Positions 51,697-60,661 of a stretch of DNA of 64,000 nucleotides are shown here, one piece after another. The notes below the pieces were generated by a model. The model was not told the origin of the DNA, made no database searches, and saw nothing but the letters and a program-made list of their open reading frames with translations. Made by a program: the position numbers and the translations under genes. Position 1 is the stretch's first letter; each line of letters opens with the position of its first letter. The DNA lies in NCBI GenBank assembly GCA_963665235.2, contig CAXXLX010000002.1, positions 192,001 through 256,000 of the forward strand, written 5' to 3'. This stretch comes from Candidatus Poribacteria bacterium. Its GTDB lineage: Bacteria; Poribacteria; WGA-4E; WGA-3G.

Positions 51697-53739
51697 TCAA
51701 TTTTTCTCTAAGATAAGGTTTTTATACACATCAACGACAGCAGAGAACTGCGGAGGGACAACAGTTGTTGCGCTAAATTCTGTAACAATTGCTGGGCCTT
51801 CAATTCGATTGCCGGGGTGCAATGCTTCGCGCTGGTAGAAATTGGTTGGGAGTGCTTCTCGCTCAAAAATAACCGGATGTTGTGCCATTCGTGCTGCGGA
51901 AGGGTTTGCCTGGGTGAGGGGTTCAGCATGGAATGCCGGTTTTTCGGTTTCGCCGATGGCAGTGAGTCGGAGTGTCACAATTTCCACTGTTGCTGTGGGG
52001 CGCGCCGTGCTGAATCGCTGTTGGTGTGCTTCGTGAAATTTATTAACAAAATCCGTGTCAGTGGTGGGATAGGAGATAGTTAGTTCATAAGATTGTCCTT
52101 CATACCGCATATCAAGTGAGCGTTCAATTGTGAGGTGTGTGGGTGCAAACCCCTCTGTCTTCATGTCGTTTTCAGCACGAGCCAGCAGTGTATCAAAACC
52201 GGTTTGTAGTTGCCTACTTATATTGATACTGCTGTCTTCGGTTTTCCACAGTACTGTCTGTGAATAATCTTTGACGACATCTGCAAAGAGCATTCCATAG
52301 GCGGAGAGCAAACCGCCGTTTGGTGGAATAAGGACTGTCTGTATGCCGAGGTTCGCTGCAAGAAAAGCGGCGTGTAATCCGCCTGCCCCACCGAATGAGA
52401 CGAGCGTGAAATCGCGCGTATCAAAACCGCGTTGGACAGAGATAACTTTGATAGCTCGTTCCATTGTTGCGTTGGCAACCTTCAGAATTCCATCAGCGAC
52501 CTCAAGGGACGGCAGCCCTATGTGCGTAGCGAATTTTTCAATGTGCTGATGAGTTGCTTCGACAGCAAGTGACATAGCTCCGCCTAAAAACTGCGTTGGG
52601 GCGATACGTCCCAAAAAGAGGTTTGCATCGGTCACCGTAATCTGTTTGCCTTGGTTACCGTAGCAGATGGGGCCTGGGACGGCTCCTGCGCTTTCAGGGC
52701 CGACATGCAGTGCGCCGCCTGCGTCTACTGTTGCAATGGAGCCGCCTCCTGCGCCAACCGTGTGGATGTCAATCAAGGGGACCTTAATGGGTAATCCACT
52801 GATTGTGCTTTCGGTCGTCATTGAGATACCGTGATTACATAGACTTACATCTGTGGAGGTGCCCCCCATATCAAATGTAATGAGTTTTTCGTAACCAGCG
52901 GCTTTGGCGATGTGATACGCTCCGATGACTCCGCCTGCAGGTCCGGAAAGCACTGTGCGAATTCCCTCCGATTTAAAACTTCCTGCCGAAATACTCCCGC
53001 CGTTAGATAGCATCAAACGGAATCGCTTCGGAAACCGCTCCGATTCTGTAAGGGTTGAAAGGTGTCGTTCCAGGGTAGGGAGGATATAGGCGTTTGCAAC
53101 GGTGGTGCTAAAACGCGCATATTCACGGTATTCGGGCAGTATTTGGTGTGAACACGAAATCGGGACGTTGAGCGTAGCGAGGTGTTCGGCGGCAATCTGT
53201 TCGTTTTGCGGATTGACGTACGAGAAGAGGAAACAGATTGCGATAGCATCTAGTGCCAACGTCTTAAGTTGCTTTGCAAGGGTGTCAAGGTCATCAGAAT
53301 GAATAGCGGTTTGGATATGTCCTGTGTGCAATGTGCGTTCTCGGACACCGAACCGTCTTTCAGCGGGCACAAGGGGTGCGGGACGTTCAATAAAAATGTC
53401 GTAAAGACTTTGGCGCGTCTGCCTTCCGATTTCTAGAATGTCTTCAAAACCTGCTGTCGTGACGAGTGCAATACGTGCTCCCCTGCGTTCAAGCAGCGCA
53501 TTTGTGGCAACTGTGGAGCCGTGAACAATTTCTGTATCGTTGGAGGCATCACCGTTGTGCCTATTCAAAATGTCGCTGACCCCTTTTATGACTGCGTGTG
53601 CGGGATTGCTCGGTGTGGAAAGGACCTTGTGTGTAAAGAGGTTACCCTTTGCAAACATGACGATATCTGTGAAGGTGCCGCCGGTATCAACGCCTATCTT
53701 TTGTATAATGTTCTGTTTATGTATCATATTTAGGTGCAT
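51697..53739 (-). CDS. Hydantoinase/oxoprolinase subunit A
   Basis: GVDTGGTFTD, HGSTVATNALLER, SGPAGG, DMGGTSTD, GAGGGS. Confidence 0.92.
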   Translation of the reverse strand: MHLNMIHKQNIIQKIGVDTGGTFTDIVMFAKGNLFTHKVLSTPSNPAHAVIKGVSDILNRHNGDASNDTEIVHGSTVATNALLERRGARIALVTTAGFEDILEIGRQTRQSLYDIFIERPAPLVPAERRFGVRERTLHTGHIQTAIHSDDLDTLAKQLKTLALDAIAICFLFSYVNPQNEQIAAEHLATLNVPISCSHQILPEYREYARFSTTVANAYILPTLERHLSTLTESERFPKRFRLMLSNGGSISAGSFKSEGIRTVLSGPAGGVIGAYHIAKAAGYEKLITFDMGGTSTDVSLCNHGISMTTESTISGLPIKVPLIDIHTVGAGGGSIATVDAGGALHVGPESAGAVPGPICYGNQGKQITVTDANLFLGRIAPTQFLGGAMSLAVEATHQHIEKFATHIGLPSLEVADGILKVANATMERAIKVISVQRGFDTRDFTLVSFGGAGGLHAAFLAANLGIQTVLIPPNGGLLSAYGMLFADVVKDYSQTVLWKTEDSSINISRQLQTGFDTLLARAENDMKTEGFAPTHLTIERSLDMRYEGQSYELTISYPTTDTDFVNKFHEAHQQRFSTARPTATVEIVTLRLTAIGETEKPAFHAEPLTQANPSAARMAQHPVIFEREALPTNFYQREALHPGNRIEGPAIVTEFSATTVVPPQFSAVVDVYKNLILEKN

Positions 53740-54701
53740 CAGGACACAACCACATTTTTCGGTGTGCCTTCCAAAAACGCGATGATATTGTCAACTGCGC
53801 CTTCATTGAGCAGGTCAACGCCTTCGGGGGTCATATCTGCACAATGCGGTGTCAGAATGACGTGTTCACAGGCCAAAAGTGGATGGTCTGATGGCAGCGG
53901 CTCTTGTTCATAGACATCAACAGCTGCGCCGCCAATGTGTCCGCTGTTTAGGGCGCGAACGAGTGCATCTGTATCCAGCACTTGGCCGCGTGCGACGTTA
54001 ATTAAAAGGGCGTTCGGTTTCATCAATGCCAATTCATCCGTGCCGATGAGGTGGTAGCTGTCCGGTGTCAGTTTAACATGCAGACTGACAACATCGGCGG
54101 TGCGGAGCAGTGTTTCAAGAGGAACAAATTGTACTCCTAATTGTGCTGCGCGCTCGTCAGATGGGTGATATGTCCACGCAATAACGTTCATCCCGATTGC
54201 TTTTGCAAGACGTGCCATCTCCGCGCCTATGTGCCCTGTTCCAACAATTCCTAAGGTTTTGCCTTGAAGGTAGACGTTATCCATACGCGTCCATTTCCCT
54301 GCTTTCATGGCGGCTGTTAGAAATGCGGTGCGTTTGGCAAGTGCAAACATCAGTCCAAAACTGTGTTCTGCGACGACAGGGGCGGTCCGTCCGGGTTGGT
54401 TGCAAACGACAATTCCCCGCTTTTTCGCTTCGTCAAGGGCTATCATATCTGTTCCGATTGAACAGAGGGCAATTAACTTGAGTTTGGGTAGACGCTGTAA
54501 GGCCTCGGCGGGCCACTTAACGAGCCCACGCGAATTGATGAGAATATCCGCATCTTCGGCACGTCGCAGTTTTTCTTCGGTTGTCTCCGGGCGGTCTGTA
54601 TAGAGGACGACATCCCCGTAAGGTTTCAGACGTTCTAGATGTGGGGAGCCTTGAATTTGTGGTGGTGCGTCGCCAGGGACAACAATTTTAAGGCGGTTCA
54701 T
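53739..54701 (-). CDS. D-isomer-specific 2-hydroxyacid dehydrogenase
   Basis: GKTLGIVGTGHIG, LINVARG, DVYEQEP, TPH. Confidence 0.92.
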   Translation of the reverse strand: MNRLKIVVPGDAPPQIQGSPHLERLKPYGDVVLYTDRPETTEEKLRRAEDADILINSRGLVKWPAEALQRLPKLKLIALCSIGTDMIALDEAKKRGIVVCNQPGRTAPVVAEHSFGLMFALAKRTAFLTAAMKAGKWTRMDNVYLQGKTLGIVGTGHIGAEMARLAKAIGMNVIAWTYHPSDERAAQLGVQFVPLETLLRTADVVSLHVKLTPDSYHLIGTDELALMKPNALLINVARGQVLDTDALVRALNSGHIGGAAVDVYEQEPLPSDHPLLACEHVILTPHCADMTPEGVDLLNEGAVDNIIAFLEGTPKNVVVS

Positions 54702-54786
54702 ATATTTTTTTCCTTATCGGTAATTTTCTCATAATATAGGATAACGCATATTGGGAACAAATACAACTATTTTTCTATTTTTTCGT

Positions 54787-55200
54787 TAGTCGCGTGCACA
54801 GCACGCTCCTACAGAAGAATTCGGAATAATAGATAATGAGTCTCAATAGTCGCGTGCACAGCACGCTCCTACAGAAGAATTCGGAATAATAGATAATGAG
54901 TCTCAATAGTCGCGTGCACAGCACGCTCCTACAGAAGAATTCGGAACAGATAATGAGTCTCAATAGTCGCGTGCACAGCACGCTCCTACAGAAGAATTCG
55001 GAACAGATAATGAGTCTCAATAGTCGCGTGCACAGCACGCTCCTACAGAAGAATTCGGAATAATAGATAATGAGTCTCAATAGTCGCGTGCACAGCACGC
55101 TCCTACAGAAGAATTCGGAATAATAGATAATGAGTCTCAATAGTCGCGTGCACAGCACGCTCCTACAGAAGAATTCGGAATAATAGATAATGAGTCTCAA
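54787..55200. repeat. Seven tandem 60/57-bp units (REP hairpin plus TTCGGAA..AGATAATGAGTCTCAA)
   Basis: Starts at 54787, 54847, 54907, 54964, 55021, 55081, 55141; an extra GATAATGAGTCTCAATATC lies at ~55218. Confidence 0.95.
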
Positions 55201-55355
55201 TATCATATTTTATAATGGATAATGAGTCTCAATATCAATTATGAAAAAGTTGCAACATAAATTGGCATTTATTCGTCTATATATACAAGGGGAAATATTA
55301 TTTTCTATCTATGCTAGATTTTTACAAATTATTTTTGCTACAAAGGAGAAACGAA

Positions 55356-56120
55356 ATGCAGGGGGCACGTCCTTTAGTTAATTCGGAGATACAACAGGTT
55401 GCGGAATGTTTTGAGGGCATATTTAGTGTTCGCAATCGTGGTTTGTTTATGCTAGGCGTTAGTACGGGTGGACGGATATCGGAGTTGCTATCGCTTAAAA
55501 TCGGTGATGTGTATCAAAATAGCAAACCGGTGTCGGACCTATTATTTGACCGTTCCATTGTTAAAGGTGGTGAAGTGTCACGAGTTGTGCCGGTGAATTC
55601 GGATGGTAGGGAAGCGGTTGAGGCCCTTATAATGTGGCACGGTAAACATTATGATAGTATTGATGCTGCTCATCCGCTGTTTCCATCTCGGAATGGCAGA
55701 AAAGGTTTGAAACCGATGAATCGTCAAACTGCGCATGATGTGTTAAAACGGGCTTATGAGAAGGCGGGTTTGAACGGTAAGCTAGCGACGCATTCGCTGC
55801 GTAAATCGTTTGCGCAACGTCTTTATGAGCAGACGAGCGACATCTATATGGTGCAAGAGATGTTAGGGCATCGTAGTGTTTCGACGACGCAACGGTATCT
55901 GGGTGTGAACTACACGACGGCGCGTGAGGCATGTGAGGCGATGTCGGTTTTCGTCGAACATGACATAAGTATGAAAACGTCACGTTCGCTCGACGAGGCT
56001 TCTGATGAAGCTCTCCTCCTCGCACTGGTGACGCGGGGTTACGATGTTACGAAGATTTTGAAACCGGAGGCGGATACACGCGGTGAAGTTATACCGGTGG
56101 ATACAGCGGTATCGGCTTAA
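55356..56120 (+). CDS. Tyrosine recombinase, catalytic domain only with C-terminal extension
   Basis: TGGRISELL, KGG, HSLRKSFA, LGHRS...TQRY; ATG 55356 after AAGGAG. Confidence 0.92.
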   Translation: MQGARPLVNSEIQQVAECFEGIFSVRNRGLFMLGVSTGGRISELLSLKIGDVYQNSKPVSDLLFDRSIVKGGEVSRVVPVNSDGREAVEALIMWHGKHYDSIDAAHPLFPSRNGRKGLKPMNRQTAHDVLKRAYEKAGLNGKLATHSLRKSFAQRLYEQTSDIYMVQEMLGHRSVSTTQRYLGVNYTTAREACEAMSVFVEHDISMKTSRSLDEASDEALLLALVTRGYDVTKILKPEADTRGEVIPVDTAVSA

Positions 56121-56294
56121 CGTTCGTTATATCATTATCTGTAAACTGCTGGGGACACGTCTCCAGCAGTTTTTTGTTTCCGAGAATGTCGGTTTTCAGT
56201 TTTATACGGTCGCGAGCACAGCTCGCTCCTACAGAAGAGGGGTGTTGAAAAAACGGCGAAAAATATTGAGAACTAAATGACCCCGCATGACCCT

Positions 56295-57065
56295 CTAGTT
56301 AATCATACCCTCTTGCGGACTTGAGGCGGTTGCGTAGAGTTTACGCGGGATACGTCCGGCTAAAAACGCTGCCCGTCCCGCTTCAACGGCTTTTTTCATC
56401 GCTTCTGCCATTAGCACAGGACGATGTGCTTTTGCTACTGCTGTGTTGAGCAGCACTCCATCACATCCTAACTCCATGGCGATTGCTGCATCAGAGGCGG
56501 TGCCGACACCTGCATCTACGATAAGCGGCACCTGGACTAAAGCACGGATAATCTGAATGTTATACGGGTTGCGTATTCCCATCCCTGAACCGATTGGGGC
56601 ACCTAACGGCATGACAGCAGCGCAGCCGATGTCTTCTAATTTCTTACAGGTAATCGGGTCGTCGTTGCAATAGGGCAACACGGTGAATCCATCTTTGATG
56701 AGTGTATCCGCTGCGCTGAGCAGCTGCTCTACATCGGGAAATAGCGTCTGCTCATCTCCGATGACCTCTAGTTTGATAAGCGATGTCTCTAAAGCCTCAC
56801 GTGCAAGGTGTGCTGTGAGAATGGCATCCTTCGCGGTGAAACAGCCTGCGGTATTCGGCAGGATTGTCAATCCACGTTCACGTAGTAGGGCAAAGAGGTT
56901 TTCACCGGATGTGTCGGTGAATTTGACACGCCGCATTGATACGGTGGCGATTTCTGCCCCGCTTGCCGCGATGGACTCCATCATGACATTGAAATTGGGA
57001 TACCCCGCTGTTCCGATAAGTAGTCTTGAGCTATATGTTGCATCTGCAATTTTGAGTTCTGGCAT
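56295..57065 (-). CDS. thiG: Thiazole synthase
   Basis: [42 protein letters not shown]. Confidence 0.97.
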   Translation of the reverse strand: MPELKIADATYSSRLLIGTAGYPNFNVMMESIAASGAEIATVSMRRVKFTDTSGENLFALLRERGLTILPNTAGCFTAKDAILTAHLAREALETSLIKLEVIGDEQTLFPDVEQLLSAADTLIKDGFTVLPYCNDDPITCKKLEDIGCAAVMPLGAPIGSGMGIRNPYNIQIIRALVQVPLIVDAGVGTASDAAIAMELGCDGVLLNTAVAKAHRPVLMAEAMKKAVEAGRAAFLAGRIPRKLYATASSPQEGMIN

Positions 57066-57194
57066 GTTTTATCTTAGGGTTGATGTTTATTTGTGTCTTT
57101 TTAATGGAACGTTTAGCGTTTTCTACAGTAACGATAATTAGACCACATTTTTTGAGTAATGTCAAATGTTTTTTGATATCCCTGCCCGAACGAA

Positions 57195-57701
57195 TCATAT
57201 CTCCATCATAGCAAGTATAACGAGTTTCATTGGCGGATAAAAAAAAGCATTCACTATGTGTAGAGCCCATAACTGGCTTGGAAAATGGTCGTTAGGCTTA
57301 AACAGAGCGGCTAATTTTACGCAAATTAATGTAATAACAGCTGAACCTATAACTCCTTCTATTGGATGAAAAAAGAGCTTTCCATCATCTTCATCAGAGA
57401 ACATGAATTCCCATCCAAATGCTATTAATAATGTAAAAGGTAAAGAGATGAAAAATCCCTTAACGAAACCTTTCATCAGTTTCTTTTTATAGGCATAACG
57501 CCGTTGTTTGCGTTCTTCTGGTGTTTCCTGTGGTTGTGAAAGTTCTTCTTCCACTACAGTCTCTGTCCGATTTTTGTCCAGACTGTCGAGCATCAAACCT
57601 AAACCGACTCCAATTAATGCCTCATCAAATCCATCTCCACCATTATCGTTGAACCCATCGTCACTATTATCGTTGAATTCATCGTCGCCATTATAGCTCA
57701 T
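57195..57701 (-). CDS. Hypothetical membrane protein with Asp/Asn-rich N-terminus
   Basis: ORF after GGGAG; repeated (F)ND..DG; 2-3 hydrophobic segments. Confidence 0.6.
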   Translation of the reverse strand: MSYNGDDEFNDNSDDGFNDNGGDGFDEALIGVGLGLMLDSLDKNRTETVVEEELSQPQETPEERKQRRYAYKKKLMKGFVKGFFISLPFTLLIAFGWEFMFSDEDDGKLFFHPIEGVIGSAVITLICVKLAALFKPNDHFPSQLWALHIVNAFFYPPMKLVILAMMEI

Positions 57702-57889
57702 AAAAAACTCCCTTTTTAATTGGCTATTGGCAAGAGGAAGTGTTGGAAAAATTTACACACCCCTAGCATCAGAGGCTAAAATAGCGGGAACTTTTAAACA
57801 CCTCACTATTTGCCAAATAGATCAGGAAATACCACATTTCCAGATAAACCGGGATTAGCGATTCCGGCTGTTGTCCATTTTGTCCGAAG

Positions 57890-58390
57890 CTAGCGAGTTT
57901 TCGCCTTATAGGCATCGGCGTAGATTTCAACATACTCAGGTGATTTTCCGAGGAGCCGCTCAGGCGGCGGATGGGACTGAGAACGATAAATCCCACTGAG
58001 TGGCACTAAGACACCTGCTGCAAAACCAATGCAACCTCCCACGACTGCTCCTTGACTGATGTCGTCAAATGGCATCAATCCTGATGGGGCTGAGGGATCT
58101 CTAGGCGCGATAAAGTTCCCGATAACGCATCCAGCAAGACCACCAATTGCTCCTCCAATACATAAAGTACCCACATCAGCACCAAGCCGCAAACGTTCAT
58201 TGATATAGCGATTCACGTCTTGTCCAGCAGCAAATTTAGCCTCAAATCTCATAGCACTTGTATCTTGTGCCGCAACAGTTTTGGCTGCAACCCGCCCGGA
58301 ATTCTGCTGAGCGTAGGTGGCAAATAGCAGGCTGAAAGTTAACACTGCTATACAAAAAACCAAAACAGGAAATGTCATATCTCTTTTCAT
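57890..58390 (-). CDS. Hypothetical exported protein with glycine-zipper-like segments
   Basis: MKRDMT start after AAGGAG; signal peptide; GGAIGGLAGC and GAVVGGCIG. Confidence 0.6.
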   Translation of the reverse strand: MKRDMTFPVLVFCIAVLTFSLLFATYAQQNSGRVAAKTVAAQDTSAMRFEAKFAAGQDVNRYINERLRLGADVGTLCIGGAIGGLAGCVIGNFIAPRDPSAPSGLMPFDDISQGAVVGGCIGFAAGVLVPLSGIYRSQSHPPPERLLGKSPEYVEIYADAYKAKTR

Positions 58391-58414
58391 CGAATTTCTC
58401 CTTCTTATGTTTGG

Positions 58415-58442
58415 CAATTCCGTTCAAACGGGAAAGCACATG
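58415..58442 (-). repeat. Solitary degenerate CRISPR repeat
   Basis: CAATTCCGTTCAAACGGGAAAGCACATG matches 27 of 28 positions of the array repeat. Confidence 0.85.
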
Positions 58443-58889
58443 GATATGTAATCAAATCCATACTTCGCTTTTCGCCTCGAGAAAAAGATCTTCAGAATGC
58501 CCTACAACGCATTTTAAAAGATGTCCCTGTGTATGAGGTCAAGGATAAATTTCTAATGGGTTATTGACAATTAGCAATTAGCATTTGGCAAGAGGGGTGT
58601 TGGAACAATATAACCGTTCCTATCCTTCCAAGCGAAAGTATCGCGAACTTGGACAGCACTGCTCTATTTTTCATTTTTTAAAGTATACTCGATTTCACAA
58701 AAAAAATCAACCTATCGTGAACTTTTGAGTGTGTTGTCTGAATGCACGTCGCATTTGGGCGAGTACGCCGCAAATCGCTGATTTTCGCGGAGGACGCGGA
58801 TTACGCGGATTTTAAGAGGTTTGGGCATCACGGTTTTGTGATTAAGGGTGTTGCGTCTTTTTTGTCTGAAGACATCAAGGACTTTGAAA

Positions 58890-60044
58890 TCATTTTGGCG
58901 GAGGAAGCTTTCCTATTTTGACTAAGCCTGTAAAAAAGAATTCAAAGTTTTTGAAAAGCTTCTTAATTGCTGCAATAGCTGTATTGCTGCTCCGCGCGTC
59001 GGGACGCATCCCACAGTGGGCAAGGTCATTTCGAGTCCCATTACAAGCACTCCAAAGTTTGTCCAAAGGGAGTTTGGATTTTGCAGCAAATCGCGTGTTT
59101 AGCGCATGCTCAGCCTCCGCTCGCTGCGGAAGATCCAATAAATTGGGGGATGTTCGATGTATTTGAAGAAGCTCCCAAGACACTAACCATTCGCGAATCA
59201 AGGTTATAGCATGGAGATAGTGTAGGTTATCAATATACCACTTGATTTGCACATACTGCCCTGTGAGGCTTTCTCGTGGACTTAATGCCGGATCCCCCAC
59301 ACTGATTCCTGCATAGGTGTCCTTTACTTGATCTACCAAAATGTGAAATGGGGCCTCGAGTCTGTCCAAAGTTTCTGGACGTTCTAGCCTTCTAATAAGT
59401 CTTGGCACTGCTTCTTGTGCTTCAAGGGTTCGATTTGTAAGAAGTGCATCCGACAAAGTCGTGAGCTCCCGACGAATAGTGCTTACACCCCCCAACCCGG
59501 CGAGTTGCCGCGCATCTCCCGAGTGCTGGAAGACATTAACAGCATTCGTCCAATTCAACAGATCTACAAAAGGCGTTAAGTCGAAAATCGGGGTCTCATT
59601 TTTAGAGGTATCCCGTGCTTCATACGCACCATAAATAATATGCTTAAGTTCGACATCTTTAACTTGGCGCAAGTAAGCCGAAACGATGAAAACGAGTAAG
59701 GGGATAGAACGGAACGCATGCGTAATATCAAGGATAATTTCGTCCTTGAGTTCGACAGTCTTTGCACATACATCAAAAATTTCCCACAGTTCCTCTGGTG
59801 AGTTACCATTTTGAATCTCCTGTGTACAAAAGTTGCTGATGTCTTCTTCGAGACCCTCTATAACTTTGGCCTTAGCTGATTTCACTTTTGGGGTAACAAA
59901 CGCTATGATTTTATCTGGTTCATAAAGTTCCGCTACGGCTTTAGGAAATAGATCTGTCTTACAAGTCTTACAAGGATCATCATGCTTGACATAGGTCGTT
60001 TCATCATAGTTTCCAAGACCTATAAAAGTAAGTGCCTTTAACAT
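58890..60044 (-). CDS. csx1: CRISPR-associated CARF-HEPN ribonuclease (Csx1/TM1812-like)
   Basis: LTFIG.G.Y....Y, LDITHAFRSIP (DxTHG-type), YGAYE...PIFDLTPF..L..W, HEPN RNDLAH. Confidence 0.88.
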   Translation of the reverse strand: MLKALTFIGLGNYDETTYVKHDDPCKTCKTDLFPKAVAELYEPDKIIAFVTPKVKSAKAKVIEGLEEDISNFCTQEIQNGNSPEELWEIFDVCAKTVELKDEIILDITHAFRSIPLLVFIVSAYLRQVKDVELKHIIYGAYEARDTSKNETPIFDLTPFVDLLNWTNAVNVFQHSGDARQLAGLGGVSTIRRELTTLSDALLTNRTLEAQEAVPRLIRRLERPETLDRLEAPFHILVDQVKDTYAGISVGDPALSPRESLTGQYVQIKWYIDNLHYLHAITLIREWLVSWELLQIHRTSPNLLDLPQRAEAEHALNTRFAAKSKLPLDKLWSACNGTRNDLAHCGMRPDARSSNTAIAAIKKLFKNFEFFFTGLVKIGKLPPPK

Positions 60045-60233
60045 TCTGTGTCTCCTTCAGTTAAGGGTTGTGATTCACATCGATAAAACTCAAAATCGTC
60101 TATTGGTATTGGCAATTAGCATTTAGCATTTTTGGCAATTGGCAAGAAGTCTCTGACGCGGGTCAAAAACCTGCTTAGAAGCACAACCTCTTGCTATTCG
60201 CCTCTTTGCTATTTGCCATTCGCCAATTAGCAA

Positions 60234-60596
60234 TTAGTCATTAGCCCCTTTGAGCCTTTTCAGTAAAGCATTTAGCATCTTCTTTAGACTGATGATTGTA
60301 GCGTCCAAATCGGCATATTGTGCCGCATCTAGGTATTCGAGGTCGTGTGCAAGCAGGATAAGATAGTCCGTTTCACTTGTAGAACCCATTGCTATCTGAA
60401 GAAAACGCTTGAATTCAGCTTCGCTGCCTCTTCCACAACCTTCGGCGATGTTTGTTGGTATCGATGCGCTTGCACGGCGAAGTTGATGCGTCAAGCCATA
60501 TATTTCTGTTCGAGGAAATTGAGTTGTTAGCGCGTAGATTCTTAAAGTTAGCTCATGTGCTTTTTCCCAAACTTGTAGTTGCCTAAAATCCCGCAT
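60234..60596 (-). CDS. Four-helix-bundle protein (23S rRNA IVP / Avd-like fold family)
   Basis: F..L.VW.KAH.L...IY..T..FP..E.YGL..QLRRA..SIP.NIAEG.GR....F.RFL.IA.GS..E. Confidence 0.9.
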   Translation of the reverse strand: MRDFRQLQVWEKAHELTLRIYALTTQFPRTEIYGLTHQLRRASASIPTNIAEGCGRGSEAEFKRFLQIAMGSTSETDYLILLAHDLEYLDAAQYADLDATIISLKKMLNALLKRLKGAND

Positions 60597-60661
60597 ATTT
60601 CTTACCTATTTGATTATTGCAAATCTATTGGTAATTGACTATTTGAATCAGTTGTTTTCTT

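Noticed and set aside
54787-55200. Possible CRISPR or guide-RNA array next to the recombinase
   Set aside because: Units are identical apart from one 3-bp indel variant; there are no unique spacers
60234-60596. Diversity-generating retroelement implied by the Avd-like fold
   Set aside because: No reverse transcriptase in the window, and no template/variable repeat pair with adenine-specific differences was noticed, including among the paralogs
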